This document shows positions 14,055-26,495 of a stretch of DNA of 64,000 nucleotides, in pieces. The translations under genes and the position numbers were made by a program. The stretch is from Octopus vulgaris (Eukaryota), in contig OX597829.1 of the NCBI GenBank assembly GCA_951406725.2, forward strand, positions 4,030,001 to 4,094,000, written 5' to 3'. Under the pieces are notes generated by a model that saw only the letters and a program-made list of their open reading frames with translations, made no database searches and was not told the origin of the DNA. Position 1 is the stretch's first letter, and every line of letters starts with the position of its first letter.

Positions 14055-14366
14055 CATTGTTCTGGGTTCAGTCCTCTGCTACGTGAGACAAGTGTTTTCT
14101 ATTATAGCCCCAGACTGATCAAAGCCTGTTGTGAGTAATGTGTGTGTGTGTGTGTGTGTGTGTATTTGTTTGTTCCCTACCACTACTTGATAATTGGTGT
14201 CGATTTATTTGCATCCCTGTAACTTAGTATTTGAGCAAGAGAAATCGCTAGAATAACCACAAGGCTTAAGGAAAATCAAATGTAGTGGGGTCAGTTTACC
14301 TGACCAAAACCATTCACGGTAATGCTCCAGCATGGCCGTAGTCAAATGACTGAAACGAGTAAAAGA
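14055..14366 (+). mobile_element. Degenerate SINE family A
   Basis: gggttcagtcc B-box through tgctccagcatggccgtagtcaaatgactgaaacgagtaaaaga tail. Confidence 0.75.
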
Positions 14367-15444
14367 TATGTATATGTTTATCTTGGTAAATCATTGATGT
14401 GAGAGGAATGTTTGCTGTTGCAGCGAGAAAGAATATCCCTCTCTCTCTCTCTCTCTCCCTCTCTCTCCCTCCCTCTCTCTCCTTCCCTCTCTCTCTCTCT
14501 ATTTCTCTCTCTCCCTCTCTTTAGTCTTCTGCAGATATGTGTCTGTGTTGTGAAGACAAGAAAGGAGGGGGTGAAAGAGGTAAATTCAATGCACACACCA
14601 AGGGAGTTCTTGGTAGCTGAACCTCTGTGAAAAGGGGCTGTTTTTGCAGGAATAATAAAACAAATAATGATTTTTATCTCTTTGTTTTCTCCCTCTCCCC
14701 CATCATCATCATCATCATCACCACGGTGCCTTTGTTTGTTTCATGCAGATTTCTCCCTGGGGACCAATTCCTAACTCTGTGTGTAGCATGGGATGTTGTT
14801 CCAAAGATGCTGATGGAAGTTTTGCCGTTCAGATTCTTTGTTTTTGGTTACATCTGTTATTGCTCACAGACTAAAGCCAACTGATAGCTATTGGAACTGG
14901 CTGCAACCTAATACTGAATGATGAGTCTAGATGAGCGTGGATGGCCATTATTGGAGCCAGAGCTGCTCAGTCAGAATCTACTTGAATGAAGTAGGTGTTA
15001 GGATCAGCAGTGACTGTTGTTGTGGTGGTGGTGGTGGTGGTGGTGGTGGTAGTGGCAGCAGCAGCAGGGTTGGCATTCATGGTGGTGGTGTTCGTGACAA
15101 TGAAAGTGGTGGTAGTGGTAATAGAGGCAGATGTTGTGGCGGTAGTGGTGGTATTGTTGTTGGTGGTGGTGGTGGTGTGTTGTTGTTGTTGGTGGTGGTG
15201 GTGGTGGTGTTGTAGAGCTAATGTTGGCAGTGGAGTCATTTCAACATGAGATCAGCTCAGATTAATCAAACCCATGATCAAAGGTGTTCCCACCATGACC
15301 ATCTCATCATATTTTGGACTACATTAAACTATGGATTTTTTTTCTTTCTCTCAAGACAATAGGGAATGATTTAAATGACATTTGTTATTTTTTAGGGGTC
15401 AAAAGACTACATAGTGGTTCCTCTCTCTCAATGATTGTCTATAG

Positions 15445-16366
15445 CAGGGGTCACCAAACTTTTTTCACGGTGGGCCAAATAACTGAGAGAAAGATGAGCA
15501 CAGGCTACATACCTGTTTACACAAAAAAATAAAGAGAACCAACATATTTATTTACCAAAAAGTTATTAAAGAAGGTAACATTAGCAATAAGATAATGTGT
15601 GATCGTTGCCAGAGCAGCCAACTGGCTTCCATGCCAGTGGCACGTAAAAGGGCACCATTCGAGTGTGATCGTTACCAACATCGCCTTACTGGCACCTGTG
15701 GCATGTGTAAAAGGTTTCGAGCGAGGTCATTGCCAGTACCGCCTGACTGGCTCCCGTGCCGGTGGCATGTAAAACGCTCCCACTACATTCTCGGAGTGGT
15801 TGGCGTTAGGTAGGGCATCCAGCTGTAGAAACTCTGCCAAATCAAGATCGGAGACTGGTGCAACCATCTGGTTCGCCAGCCCTCAGTCAAAATCGTCCAA
15901 CCCATGCTAGCATGGAAAGCGGACGTTAAACGATGATGATGATGATGATGATATCCACACCCAGTGTGCACACATATGTGTGTGGATATAACACCTTTGA
16001 TCATGGGTTTGGTTAATCTGAGAATCTCAGAAACTAAGCAGCAAAAAAAAGGTTGGTGAGATTTGTAAAACTGGTGTTTAGCTTTTAAGATATCTTCAAT
16101 ATTTGCTTTGGAATTGCTGCATCCAACCAAGAGAATTGCTTCCAAATGTTCATCAGTCAACCTCGTTCGATGTGTTGACTTCACATGCTTCTGTGAGTAA
16201 AAATATTTACTCACAGGCATAAGTTGTTCCAAACACTGATGCCATACCAGAGGCAAATGAACTCTCATTACAGGTACTTAGGCAAAAAGTACAGTGCAGC
16301 AGCAGGCTGAATGAACTGACCCTGTGGGCCAGATTCAGTCCATGGGCCATAGTTTGGTGGCCCCTG
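15445..16366 (-). mobile_element. Internally deleted hAT (Charlie/Buster/SPIN-like) transposon
   Basis: TIRs caggggtcaccaaact / agtttggtggcccctg; 8-bp TSD gtctatag / atctatag. Minus-strand transposase C-terminus KHVKSTHRTRLTDEHLEAILLVGCSNSKANIEDILKAKHQFYKSH. Confidence 0.88.
15595..15951 (+). mobile_element. RTE-related (GAT)n-tailed retroelement 3' end (family C), nested in the hAT element
   Basis: Repeated gtggcacgtaaaa motifs and terminal ccaacccatgctagcatggaaagcggacgttaaac(gat)n. Confidence 0.8.
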
Positions 16367-16556
16367 ATCTATAGTAAAGATTGTTGCGGCTGCTACCGTT
16401 GTTGCTGTTATTTAGTTTAGTTCAACCCTGACTTGCTATACTTACAATGAAAGGTTTTCTATCTGTGCCTACCCTGACCTTTTTTTTATTTCTATGTTTT
16501 CTGTGTGGAACCCAGGGTCATATTCTTCAATGTGCCCCCACCTCATTCTATTTTAA

Positions 16557-16765
16557 CCCTTTCATTACCAACCCGGCTGAAACCGGCTCTGGCTCTGAGT
16601 ACAAATGTCTTGTTTTCCTAAGTTTTGAATTAAAATCTTCCACCAAACCTTAGTCACAATTTATTTTCCTAACACTAGCTTAATGACAAGTTATTTTACT
16701 AAATTCTTTGTTATATTTAAAATAATTGGAAGAAACACAGAGCATCTCAACAGAAATACAGTAAG
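16557..16765. mobile_element. piggyBac MITE family 1, inverted copy with right TIR truncated
   Basis: TTAA|ccctttcattaccaacccggctgaaaccggctctggc; reverse complement of 53474-53676. Confidence 0.8.
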
Positions 16766-17444
16766 ATAAGTGAGTACAGCAAGATATGAAAGAGATTCAG
16801 CTGCTGTTTCTAGCAGACAGAACAACCACATTGTTGTTCTGCTATTGGTTCACTTTGTTGGTAAAGGTGGTGATGGTGGTGAGAGAGGTGCATTGATGAA
16901 ACGAGAAGCTGTGTTACATTAAGCTTCCCTTATGTAAAGAAAGAGACACGCCCTATCAGTTTACTGCCTGACACTGTTGGGTGGAGGGGGTGGGGGTGGG
17001 GTGCCACGGTGGTGGTGGTGGGAGGCAGAAAAAGGAGGGTCAAAGAAGGAGCAGACTGCCAACCAACATAAAAAACAACAAATGAAAAACACATTAATAA
17101 ATATATTGATGGGAAATTAAATAAACTACTTTTACAGTTTTTTTTTTTTAATAATTTTTGGTTGTATTGTATTTCCCTTTACACCCTCCCACCTCTCCCC
17201 CCACCCCCCTTACTACTTCTACCCTTTTGCTTCTTTTGTCTTTTCTTCCTTTCTTTTCTTTTCTTTGTTTCTTCATCTTTTTCTTCTTTTTCATCGATTT
17301 GTTTTTCTTTTTCTCGTGTTCTTTATTTTTTTTTTCTTTTTCTTTTTTTTTTTCTTTTTCTTTTTTTTCTTTCTTCTGAGATGATAATTGAACCTATCAG
17401 GTTTCATTGCTGCTGTTCTGCATATATGTAAATGTATTTATATT

Positions 17445-17481
<37 letters not shown>

Positions 17482-17957
17482 GCATATATATAAACAACTA
17501 CAGTCACTACTACTACTACTAATAATAATGATGATGACAACTTAAAGTAAACATCATACCGTGTAGTTTGTGAATGTAACTTGCCCAAGGACACAGGGCA
17601 TTGCTACGAAAAGAGGTCATACTATAGATATGGATATCATATAACAAGGACTTTCACTGATCAGCCTCTATACTAATAAGGACATCTTCCTAATTAAGGT
17701 AGGAATGTTGTTGTTATTGTTGTTGCTTACAGACTTAGGTTCACTCTGGATGAGCATACTTACAGCATATCATTAGCTTACCAAATGCAAATCACTGATC
17801 CTTTGTGTATCTAACCATTCACTCCACCCCACCCCACCAAGCATTAAACAATGTTGTATTCTGAGATCTAGCCTAGTGGTGATCTGCCCTTGGATAGATC
17901 TTGTGCATTTGAACCTCCTCCTCCTGAACCTTCTGTGTAACCTGGGAAGGCTTATAC

Positions 17958-18185
17958 CTATTTCTTTACTACCCCCAAGGGGCTAAACACAGAGGAGACA
18001 AACAAGGACAGACAGATGGATTAAGTCGATTATATCGACCCCAGTGCGTAACTGGTACTTATTTAATCGACCCCGAAAGGATGAAAGGCAAAGTCAACCT
18101 CGGCGGAATTTGAACTCAGAACGTAGCGGCAGACGAATCACTCTAAGCATTTTGCCCTGTGTGCTAACGTTTCTGCCAGCTCGCT
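17958..18185 (-). mobile_element. SINE family B
   Basis: Reverse complement of family B, flanked by the imperfect direct repeat ggaaggc(t/c)tat(a/g)ccta. Confidence 0.88.
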
Positions 18186-19525
18186 GCTGATACCAGTGGA
18201 AGGCCTATGCCTACTACTGCCACCATTAAGTAGATTACTGGAACTTTGGTTACCATGAGATGACTTGGGATCCCACTTACTAGAGTGGTTTCCCATTGCC
18301 TTCTCCAGGTAGGTGGGATTTGAACTCAGAATGTAGAGAGCTAGAAGATATAACTGTAAAGCATCTCTGCCAGCCTGCTAACAGTTCTGGTTCTCTCCCA
18401 CCTCAGAACAATGCAAAATACAGTGTTTTGTTCAAGAACACAATATTTCACCTGGTCTGAGAAGGGAATTCACGATCTAATAGTCATGAATGCAACACCC
18501 TAACCACCAGGACACTCACCTTTCACAGTTCTGAGATGCATTGCTATAATCTGGATATGTACACACACACACACTTTCTCAAACATACCCCCCCCCCCTT
18601 CTCTCTCTCTTCAGTCTGGATATGTACTTTACCTCCGTTGTCCTGCCCTCTCACCTTTATCATTATTTTTATTACTATTATTGTGCTTTAGCCCCAAATC
18701 AACTCTGATAAAGCAAACTTAGAATTATATGTCCTTACCTTTTTGTTTCCACAATTAGAGTAATTGTCCAGTGTGTCTTTTTTTTTTTAATGGTTAGGTG
18801 TAATATGAGGGAGATTTAGTTGCTATTTCTAACTGGTTGAACAACCATGAAGATGTTACTTTAGCAGGTACAGTGCTGGTGGCCAAAGTAGATTTGGTTC
18901 AGCTGCTACAGTAATCAACCTGCTGCGACTGGCAGTGAAGTGTCTCTGAAACCACACACCAATGGCTTTGAAATGTTTAATGAAAAAGGACAGATAGGCT
19001 ACTGTACTCTGAGATACATTGTAACCAGAGGAAAACAAGAGATGCTCTTGACAGCAATGCTAGAAACCATAGATCTAGTCCATCTTGGTTGACCTGGAGG
19101 TTAAACAACAGGAATGATTCATAAATGTTGAAATCTGAAAAAGACATAGCAAAGAAGAGGTTAGATTCCAATAGCCATGATTCCAATAACCAGAGAAAAT
19201 ATACTGTGATTCAGTTACTCATCTGTTCTTTCATTCTTTTACTGGATTCTGATTGTGGAATTTTAAAGACTGCAAAAATCGATTATAAAGATAATTCTAG
19301 CATTAATGAGTACAGTAATTGTTAAAAAGTACAATAATTACAATTATTACAAGTACATTAATCATATCTTAATTAATAGAAGAGTAGCAAATAGTTATGA
19401 TAATTATCATAATTTTAATGATTATTGTAATTACAGGAATAGTCATTATAATTACTAGTGATTTTAACGACTGAACTCATGAACAGTGTGTGTGTGTGTC
19501 TTTGTGTGTGTGTGTGTGTGTGTCT

Positions 19526-20398
19526 TCAAACTGGAACTTTGCAATATTATTTTATTCCCTTATTTTTACATGTTTACACTTTTATTATCTTCAGAGTATT
19601 TTCCATTTGAAGCAATATATCGGTCTAGGTGCATTTTCTACTGTTCAAAGCAGTGCTGGAATTCTTGAAAAGTGATGCCTTTTAATGCTTCTATCATTTT
19701 TTTTTCTTCATCTCTTCCGTATTTGCAAATTCTGTAGCATCAGCTTTCATCACCAGTGATGCCCTTTTGAAAACAGGCCGTGATCTATTTCCAACTATTC
19801 TTTCAGTTCACGACACGCATTCAGTCATAACTGCTTTTGATCTTCCATGAGCAAGTGAGGCACAAATTTTGCTGCAACTCCTTTCATTCACAATTCCTTG
19901 CTCAAAATTCGTTGGCAGGAGCTCCAGGACACACCAATCATATCAACGAGTTCAACAATTGTTGGGTGATTGTCCTCCATGAATTTTCATGACCTTTTTC
20001 ATTCATCTGAGAGGCTGACGGGCACCCTGAACAGGTTGATCTTCAAGTGACAAGTGAAAATCACTCATAAACTTGTGTTTTGCTCTTGACAACATCTTTG
20101 TAAACTGTTAGAAGCATGACAACTGTTTTGGCTGCCATTTTCCCCAGCGAAAACAGAATTACATGAAATTTCCCCTGAAGAAAGCCGAATTTCATTTCAG
20201 CTATTGCAAAAATTGACAAACAGAGGTGAAGTACTGCAAAGCAAAGACGCACCATGTTGCAGTATTACTATACTTGGCAACACTGGTTGGTATACCGATG
20301 CCTGAGGGTCACATCAAATGGTTTCTAGTGGAGGAAGCCTGAACTACAATGGGCTTGTCCCTTGAGAACGTTTCTGGTTACTTTTGGGTACCCCCTGA
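19526..20398 (-). mobile_element. Internally deleted mariner transposase pseudogene
   Basis: Minus-strand fragments LGKMAAKTVVMLLTVYKDVVKSKTQVYE, GVSWSSCQRILSKEL*MKGVAAKFVPHLL, ITGDES*CY and EFQHCFEQ*KMHLDRYIASNGKYSED. Mariner-like end tcagggggtacccaaaagtaacc next to TA. Confidence 0.85.
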
Positions 20399-21417
20399 TA
20401 CATATATACATATGTATGTGTGCCTGTGTGTGTGTATATGCATGTATGCATTGTTTCATAACATGTCTGTTTTGTTGTATGGCTGGGAAACAGGGAAATC
20501 ATGTCTTGCAGTTGGGGAGTTTTCAGTAAATGTGCCATTGACAAATTTTTGTACATATGTATTTGGAAAAGAATAAATGAAGAATGTTGAAGTCTTGGAG
20601 ATAGCAAATATTATAAATTTAGACACTGTCTTATTATGAGACAGACGTAGGTAAGGATGGGGTGCAAAGCACCTACTCTAGGGAGATTTGTTCTAGAAAA
20701 AGATTTCATTACAAAGTGAAGACAAAATATAAGAATTACCTGAAATCTGACCTAAAATGCTAGTGCAAATATTGCACGTTTGAATTATCATTATATTTGA
20801 AGAGAAGTGCATAACGTTAAATTAAAATGAGGCACAAAGAAATGAAATCCTCCATGTATAGCGATAATCTCTGGAATTACTCAACCTGAAAGGCAGTCTT
20901 GTTAAGTACTCAAGGATACATGGAACCAAAATAAACCAATGATAAATCTTCACCACATCAAAGATTATTATTCATCAGCTAATCATTTGATAAATGTCTT
21001 TCTATTAGTGATCCGAAAAATGTCATTTTGCATTACATTTAACCGAGAAAAGATATTTATGTAAGAGTTGGGGTTAAAAGCTGCAAACCATCGACTAGGC
21101 TGAAACATAAGTACATTTTTTGTAGTTCATTAACATTCAGCGGTCATAACCGATGTTTTATAACTAGTTACTCTTCCTGATGCCACACTTTTTAGTCGGT
21201 TATAACAACATGCAAGTGTACCTATTCTAAAAAGTAGCATACACCCTGTATCTCATAACAGCATGAAAATTGGTGTTGATGTTATTTAGCTACAAGTTAA
21301 AATTGAGTAAACATATGACCAAAGACTTTCTAACTCTGGCCATCCAATTGTTTTTGCATAGTCAAGACAACATTGTTCAACATTTAATTTTCTAAGATAG
21401 TAATGTATGATATGAAG

Positions 21418-21643
21418 CGAGCTGGTAGAATCGTTAGCACGCCAGGCAAAATGTTCAGCAGTATTTCGTCTGTCGCTACGTTCTGAGTTCAAATTCCACC
21501 GAGGTCAACTTTGCCTTTCATCCTTTCGGGGTCGATTAAATAAGTACCAGTTATGCACTGGGGTCGATATAATCGACTTAATCCGCTTGTCTGTCCTTGT
21601 TTGTCCCCTCTGTGTTTAGCCCCTTGTGGGTAGTAAAGAAATA
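21418..21643 (+). mobile_element. SINE family B with perfect 19-bp TSD
   Basis: agtaatgtatgatatgaag at 21399-21417 and 21644-21662. Confidence 0.93.
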
Positions 21644-21749
21644 AGTAATGTATGATATGAAGAAATTTGGTTGTTAATATTGGAAATCAGCTCATGGAAG
21701 TGCAGATGAGGTTTGACTAAGAGGTGGGCATGAGACATTAGATATTTAA

Positions 21750-22782
21750 CCCTTTCGTTACCAAACCGCCCAAAGCCGCCCGAAAAAAATTTTGGTTTAT
21801 GAGACCAAACCGCCCAAAGCCGCCCGAATTTACCTATTCATATTTAAATGAGAATATCAGAGCAAATCTCTTCAGTACATTCGTGAAAACACGTATTATA
21901 CTTCGTAAACAGTTCAACTACAGTTTTGTACAATAATCGAAGTGTAATTTTAATTCCGTGAATTTTGGGAGATTTAATTCTGACAAAAAATGGATACGAA
22001 TTTCATTATATCAAGCAGCAAGTCAGAATTCGAAGGATTTTCTACTGAAGACCTTCATAAATCTAACTCTATGACTGAAAAAAAAAAGCACATGGTATTT
22101 GATAATGAATCTGATGTTTCATTTTCCGAAAGTGAAAACAGTGAATCCGAGATCTCCGACAGCGATAAAGAAAATGAATTGGCACCTGAATGGAGTGAAA
22201 ATTTAAAAACTGTTTCTTTCGGTGATTTTTCTGAAGAAACTGGACCAAGCCACAGACTTTCCCAGAAGGGTAAAGCCTTAGACTATTTCTATTTACTTTT
22301 TCGAAATCATTACGGTGAAAACAAACCGTTACGCTAAACGTAAACAAAGCGAAAGAAAGGATAGTTTGTGGTTTCCCACAACCTTAAATGAAATTAAGAC
22401 TATTTTGCCATAAATATTATTATGGGTATCAGAAAGTTACCCAGAATAACAAATTCTATCGTAAAATTTTGTTGTATACCCAATTGAATATTAGCTAATA
22501 ACCCATTTTCTATAGCGATGTTTGAACAAAATTTTAATAATTTTATATTTTGTGGAATTTACCTGTATCTACCTGTAATTAGAGTCACTTTGTGACAAAA
22601 ATTATAGTATAGAATTGGTTGAGAATATTTCATTAAATTATCTTCCAAAAATCAGATTAATATATCGATAAATAAAAAAGTTATAGTTGTTTAATGAAAC
22701 CAGACTAAATTTATGACTACGTTAGAAATTAATTGAAACACATAAGGGGTGTAATTTGGTCAGAAATATAGTAACGAAAGGG
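21750..22782 (+). mobile_element. Internally deleted piggyBac transposon with transposase N-terminal fragment
   Basis: TTAA|ccctttcgttac ... gtaacgaaaggg|TTAA and a subterminal repeat accaaaccgcccaaagccgcccgaa x2. ORF from 21990 has an acidic N-terminus, FSEETGPS..ALDYFYLLF, then frameshifted TNRYA..WFPTTLNEIK..IIMGIRKLP. Confidence 0.92.
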
Positions 22783-22899
22783 TTAATGTCAAGATCCTCA
22801 CTGAGAAAACCAGGAAATACAGTATACCACTATACATGTCAGTTATTATTTATAAAAATGGTCTTTGACTTAGCCCAGCATCCAAGGAGATGATGTGGG

Positions 22900-23900
22900 G
22901 ATTAGTTGATGATCTAGGCTAAATCTGTGTATGCATCAGCATCTGGGGGTTAAATAGACTTTGTTACGCTAATGACATGCTGACCACCACTTGGCTGTCT
23001 GCACTCCAGAGACTGACTGGCAAAAGTTAGTCAAGTCTCTCTAAGTTTCATTTAGAGATCAGTACCAGAAAACAAAACCATAGCAACCAGTTGGGAACCA
23101 GAGCAGATTGTCATACAAAACTAAAGGGTCAGGGTAATCCAGGTCAACAGATAGAAGTACCTAGGCTCTTTTTTTTTTTTTTTTTTTAACCAAAATAATT
23201 AACTGCAGCCAGGAAATCAGAGCTGGACTTGGTGCAAGAAGATCAGCTCTGGGGTCACTCAGTATGAAGCTGATGGCTTCAGACACTTAGTCATTGTGGA
23301 GGCACATGGCCTAGTGGTTAGAGCAGTGGACTCGTGGTCAAGGGATTACGGGTTCGAATCTCAGACCGGGCGATGTGTGTGTTTATGAGCGAAACACCTA
23401 AGTTCCACGCAGCTCCGGCAGAAGGTAATGGCGAAACTTCTGCTGACTCTTCCGCCACAACTTTCTCTCACTCTTTCCTCCTGCATCTTGCAGCCCATCT
23501 GCAATGGACCGGCGTCCCTTCCAGGTGGGGAACCTATATGCCAAGAAACCGGGAAACCGGCCCTTATGAGCCAGGAATAGCTCGAGAAGGAACAACCAAA
23601 AAACTTAGTCATTGATGACATTTAAGATGATGTGCTGCAAGTGAGTGCTGCCAGTCAGTTGGGTGGTCTATAGAATGAACAAATCAGTCTTAGAAGAGAT
23701 GGCAGTGGAATAAAAATTGGTCATAATGGTTGGACAATAAAACTGCAATGTTTTGGCTATACTGTCAGAAGCCTTAAACCAACCTCTATGCACATTTTTA
23801 AAGGGTGGGTGGACAAAAAATTGTATTTGTAGGGAATAGAGATGAACATTGAACAATAACATCAAACAGGGAGGACCCTGTAGGAGAGTGTATGGCTGAA
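22900..23900 (+). mobile_element. Highly decayed LINE reverse-transcriptase remnant interrupted by a SINE
   Basis: LCYANDM (YADD-like) near 22960 and KYLGS near 23155; many stops and frameshifts. Confidence 0.45.
23297..23602 (+). mobile_element. tRNA-derived SINE family D with 12-bp TSD
   Basis: A-box tggcctagtgg, B-box ggttcgaatc. TSD acttagtcattg at 23285-23296 and 23603-23614. Confidence 0.9.
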
Positions 23901-26078
23901 TGATGTTTGTGTGTGACATGATGGTGAGAATATTCATTCACGAGTAGATTGAGCAATGATAATGATGACAGTGATTATCACAACAATGGTGATGACAATG
24001 CTGACGGTAATGACAAAGGCGATGATGATGATGATGATTATGATAAAAAAGGTAATGTCGATTATAATGATGGTGAGGTGGGTGGGGTGGAGGTGCTGTT
24101 GGTAATGGGGGTGGTGGTGATAATGATGGTGGTCACATCAGGTCATCAGCATCATCTCAGATATTATGTTAAAAGATTTGTTTAGATAAGGTTGAATATC
24201 CTGACACACATACCATGAACATTTTGCCAGATGCAAGATAAAAATCTTCAATTAAAGCAGCAGAAGTAACGAAAACAACAACAACAATAACAACACCAAC
24301 AGTTTTGGTAGTGGTAGTGATGATGATGATGATGATGTTGTCTTAATCTTGTTACTGAAATCATACTGCTATGATATATCTATCATCAGTCATAACTGAT
24401 ATTATTATTTGTATATTTATTTACATTTTCATTTTCATTTTTTTTCCCTTCTCACTTTTAATAAGTCTGTTAAATATCTTTAGCTATTCTCACTTTTCCA
24501 TACAGAAAGTTGAGCTGTCTCAATAAATATGGAGTTGATATCTGTTGGATAGGAATTAGTTTAAAAAAAATATATAATAATGATAATAATAATAATAATA
24601 ATAATAATCTGATTAACAGTAGTGAAAACCTATTTATCTCTTTTAAACAAACCCCCTACCATGCCCAACTCTCATAATTAAAAATGACTTATCAATTTTT
24701 GTAAAATTTTGTACTGATATGTAATTACTATTAATAATAATAATAATACTACTACCACTACCACCACCACCAACAATAATAATTCAGCCTTAAATGATTG
24801 AATTTCTAAGATTAATTGCCTCTACTCATTATGTTCGGTGTTGAAATCCTGTTGAGATCTCAACTTTGGTTATCGTCTTTCATGTATCATTCAAATATTT
24901 GGGTCTGTTTAATTGTCTAACCCTTCTTCTCAAATTTGTGGCCTTGTACTTTTTCTCAAGGCACCACTTGAAGAAGAAGGTAATTAGTAGAGATGTAGTG
25001 GAGTGCATTCCAGTAAATTTTATTGAAAATGGATGTGAGTGATTAAATGGCTTTAGGCTGGCAGTAAGAACTGGAGGAACACTCTCGTCTTCGATGTATC
25101 AGGGGTTATGTGGGGTACCCTGCTTTTGGAGATCCCTTTTGTTTGTTCTATATTGCTATATTTTTTATATCTGTATATTTAGGATTTTCTTTAGTGAAAC
25201 ACCACATTGTTTCTTGTTGGTCGTTTTTCTTTGTCTTTTCTGCTTTGTATTCGGCCTAAGGCTTATACAGAGAAAGGTGTTGTTGTTGTTATTAGTTGAG
25301 CTGACAGAATTGTTGGAGCTTCAGACCAAAATAGAATACAGCATTTCTTCTGGCTTCTTATGTTCTGAGTTCAAACACCAGTAAGGTCAACTTTGCTTTT
25401 TATTCTTTTGAGGGTCAATAAAATAAGTACCAGTCAAATATTGGAGTTGATATAACACACATCCTTCCACACAAATTTATGGCCTTCTACCGAAGAAAGA
25501 AACATTGGTGGCGGTGGTGGTGGCAGAATTAATTGGACAAAATTCCATGTGACTTTTAGTTTTGTCCTCATATAATCTGTGTTCAAGCCCTGCAGTTGTC
25601 ACCTTACCTTCCACCATTCTGGAGTCAATAAAAAATATATAAACTAATCAAGACTAATTAAGTGCTTTAGTCAATTCTAATTGACTTGCCTGTGTGTTAA
25701 AATCATTATCATTCCTTACATATATAAGGCAGTGGGCCAATGCCATCCACAGAGAGGCAGACAAAATACCTTGTAGTAGTTACTTATGCCCCTTACATTT
25801 TAAATTTGAAAATCCCATTTTTTGTCCTTCTGAGAAAGAATTAATAAATTACCAGTTAAATATACCCAACTGTCAGCCTGGTATCTCTCCCACACAATTT
25901 TCTGGTGTTGTGTCATCATCATAATCATCATCATTACCATTTAACATTTGTTTTCCATACGTGCTGCCATGGGTTGGACTCTTAGGCAGGATCTGGCAAG
26001 TCAGAGGATTACATCAAGCTCCAGTGTTTGCTTTGACATGAATACTACAGCTGTATGCTCCTTCCTAATGCCAACCAT

Positions 26079-26495
26079 GGATCTTTTCAGTTTGAACGGC
26101 AGTTTTTTCTAGAGGTGTCATATGAAATTGTCACCCATAATTATGACCCTAGTATCGATCTATTGCATTTCAATCTATTTTAGGGTTAGGGTTAGGGGTG
26201 GTGGGAAGGGTATCTTTTTTTCTTCACAAATGTAAATAAACCCAATCTGTTTCTTAAACGAGGAACATATTCATATGGCACAGAATGTTTTTACCTCAAT
26301 AGACGTCATTGATTGGTAGAAATTGCAGAAATTGAAGAAAAAAAACCAACAAATATCTTACAAACTATAGAATTTTTTCAATAAAGGCAAGAGAAAAAGA
26401 TGTTTTATAAACACATTCTACCAGTATACAAAGTTTAAAATTTTTTAATTACCTAGAAATTATGTTAAAAACTGCTGTTCAAACCAAAAAGATCC
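26079..26495. mobile_element. Non-autonomous TIR element with 9-bp TSD (MULE/Merlin-like) carrying TTAGGG repeats, inserted in a family C copy
   Basis: 29-bp TIRs ggatcttttcagtttgaacggcagttttt / aaaaactgctgttcaaaccaaaaagatcc. TSD gccaaccat / gccaaccac. (TTAGGG)3 at about 26180-26197. Confidence 0.85.

Noticed and set aside
14749-14875. Possible alternative terminal exon after tttcatgcag
   Set aside because: Short unremarkable peptide ending in a stop; no other support.
14931-15249. Gly-, Val- or Thr/His-rich ORFs
   Set aside because: Explained by (GGT)n/(GTT)n trinucleotide runs; no domain signal or supporting splice structure.
20640-21290. Possible DNA-transposon remnants (also 29450-29790 and 51020-51460)
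   Set aside because: Composition is suggestive, but I could not identify TIR pairs, TSDs or coding motifs.
23297-23375. tRNA-like sequences (also 13494, 43854, 44462)
   Set aside because: These are SINE heads with A/B boxes, continuous with SINE bodies and flanked by TSDs in two cases; I could not build a complete cloverleaf.
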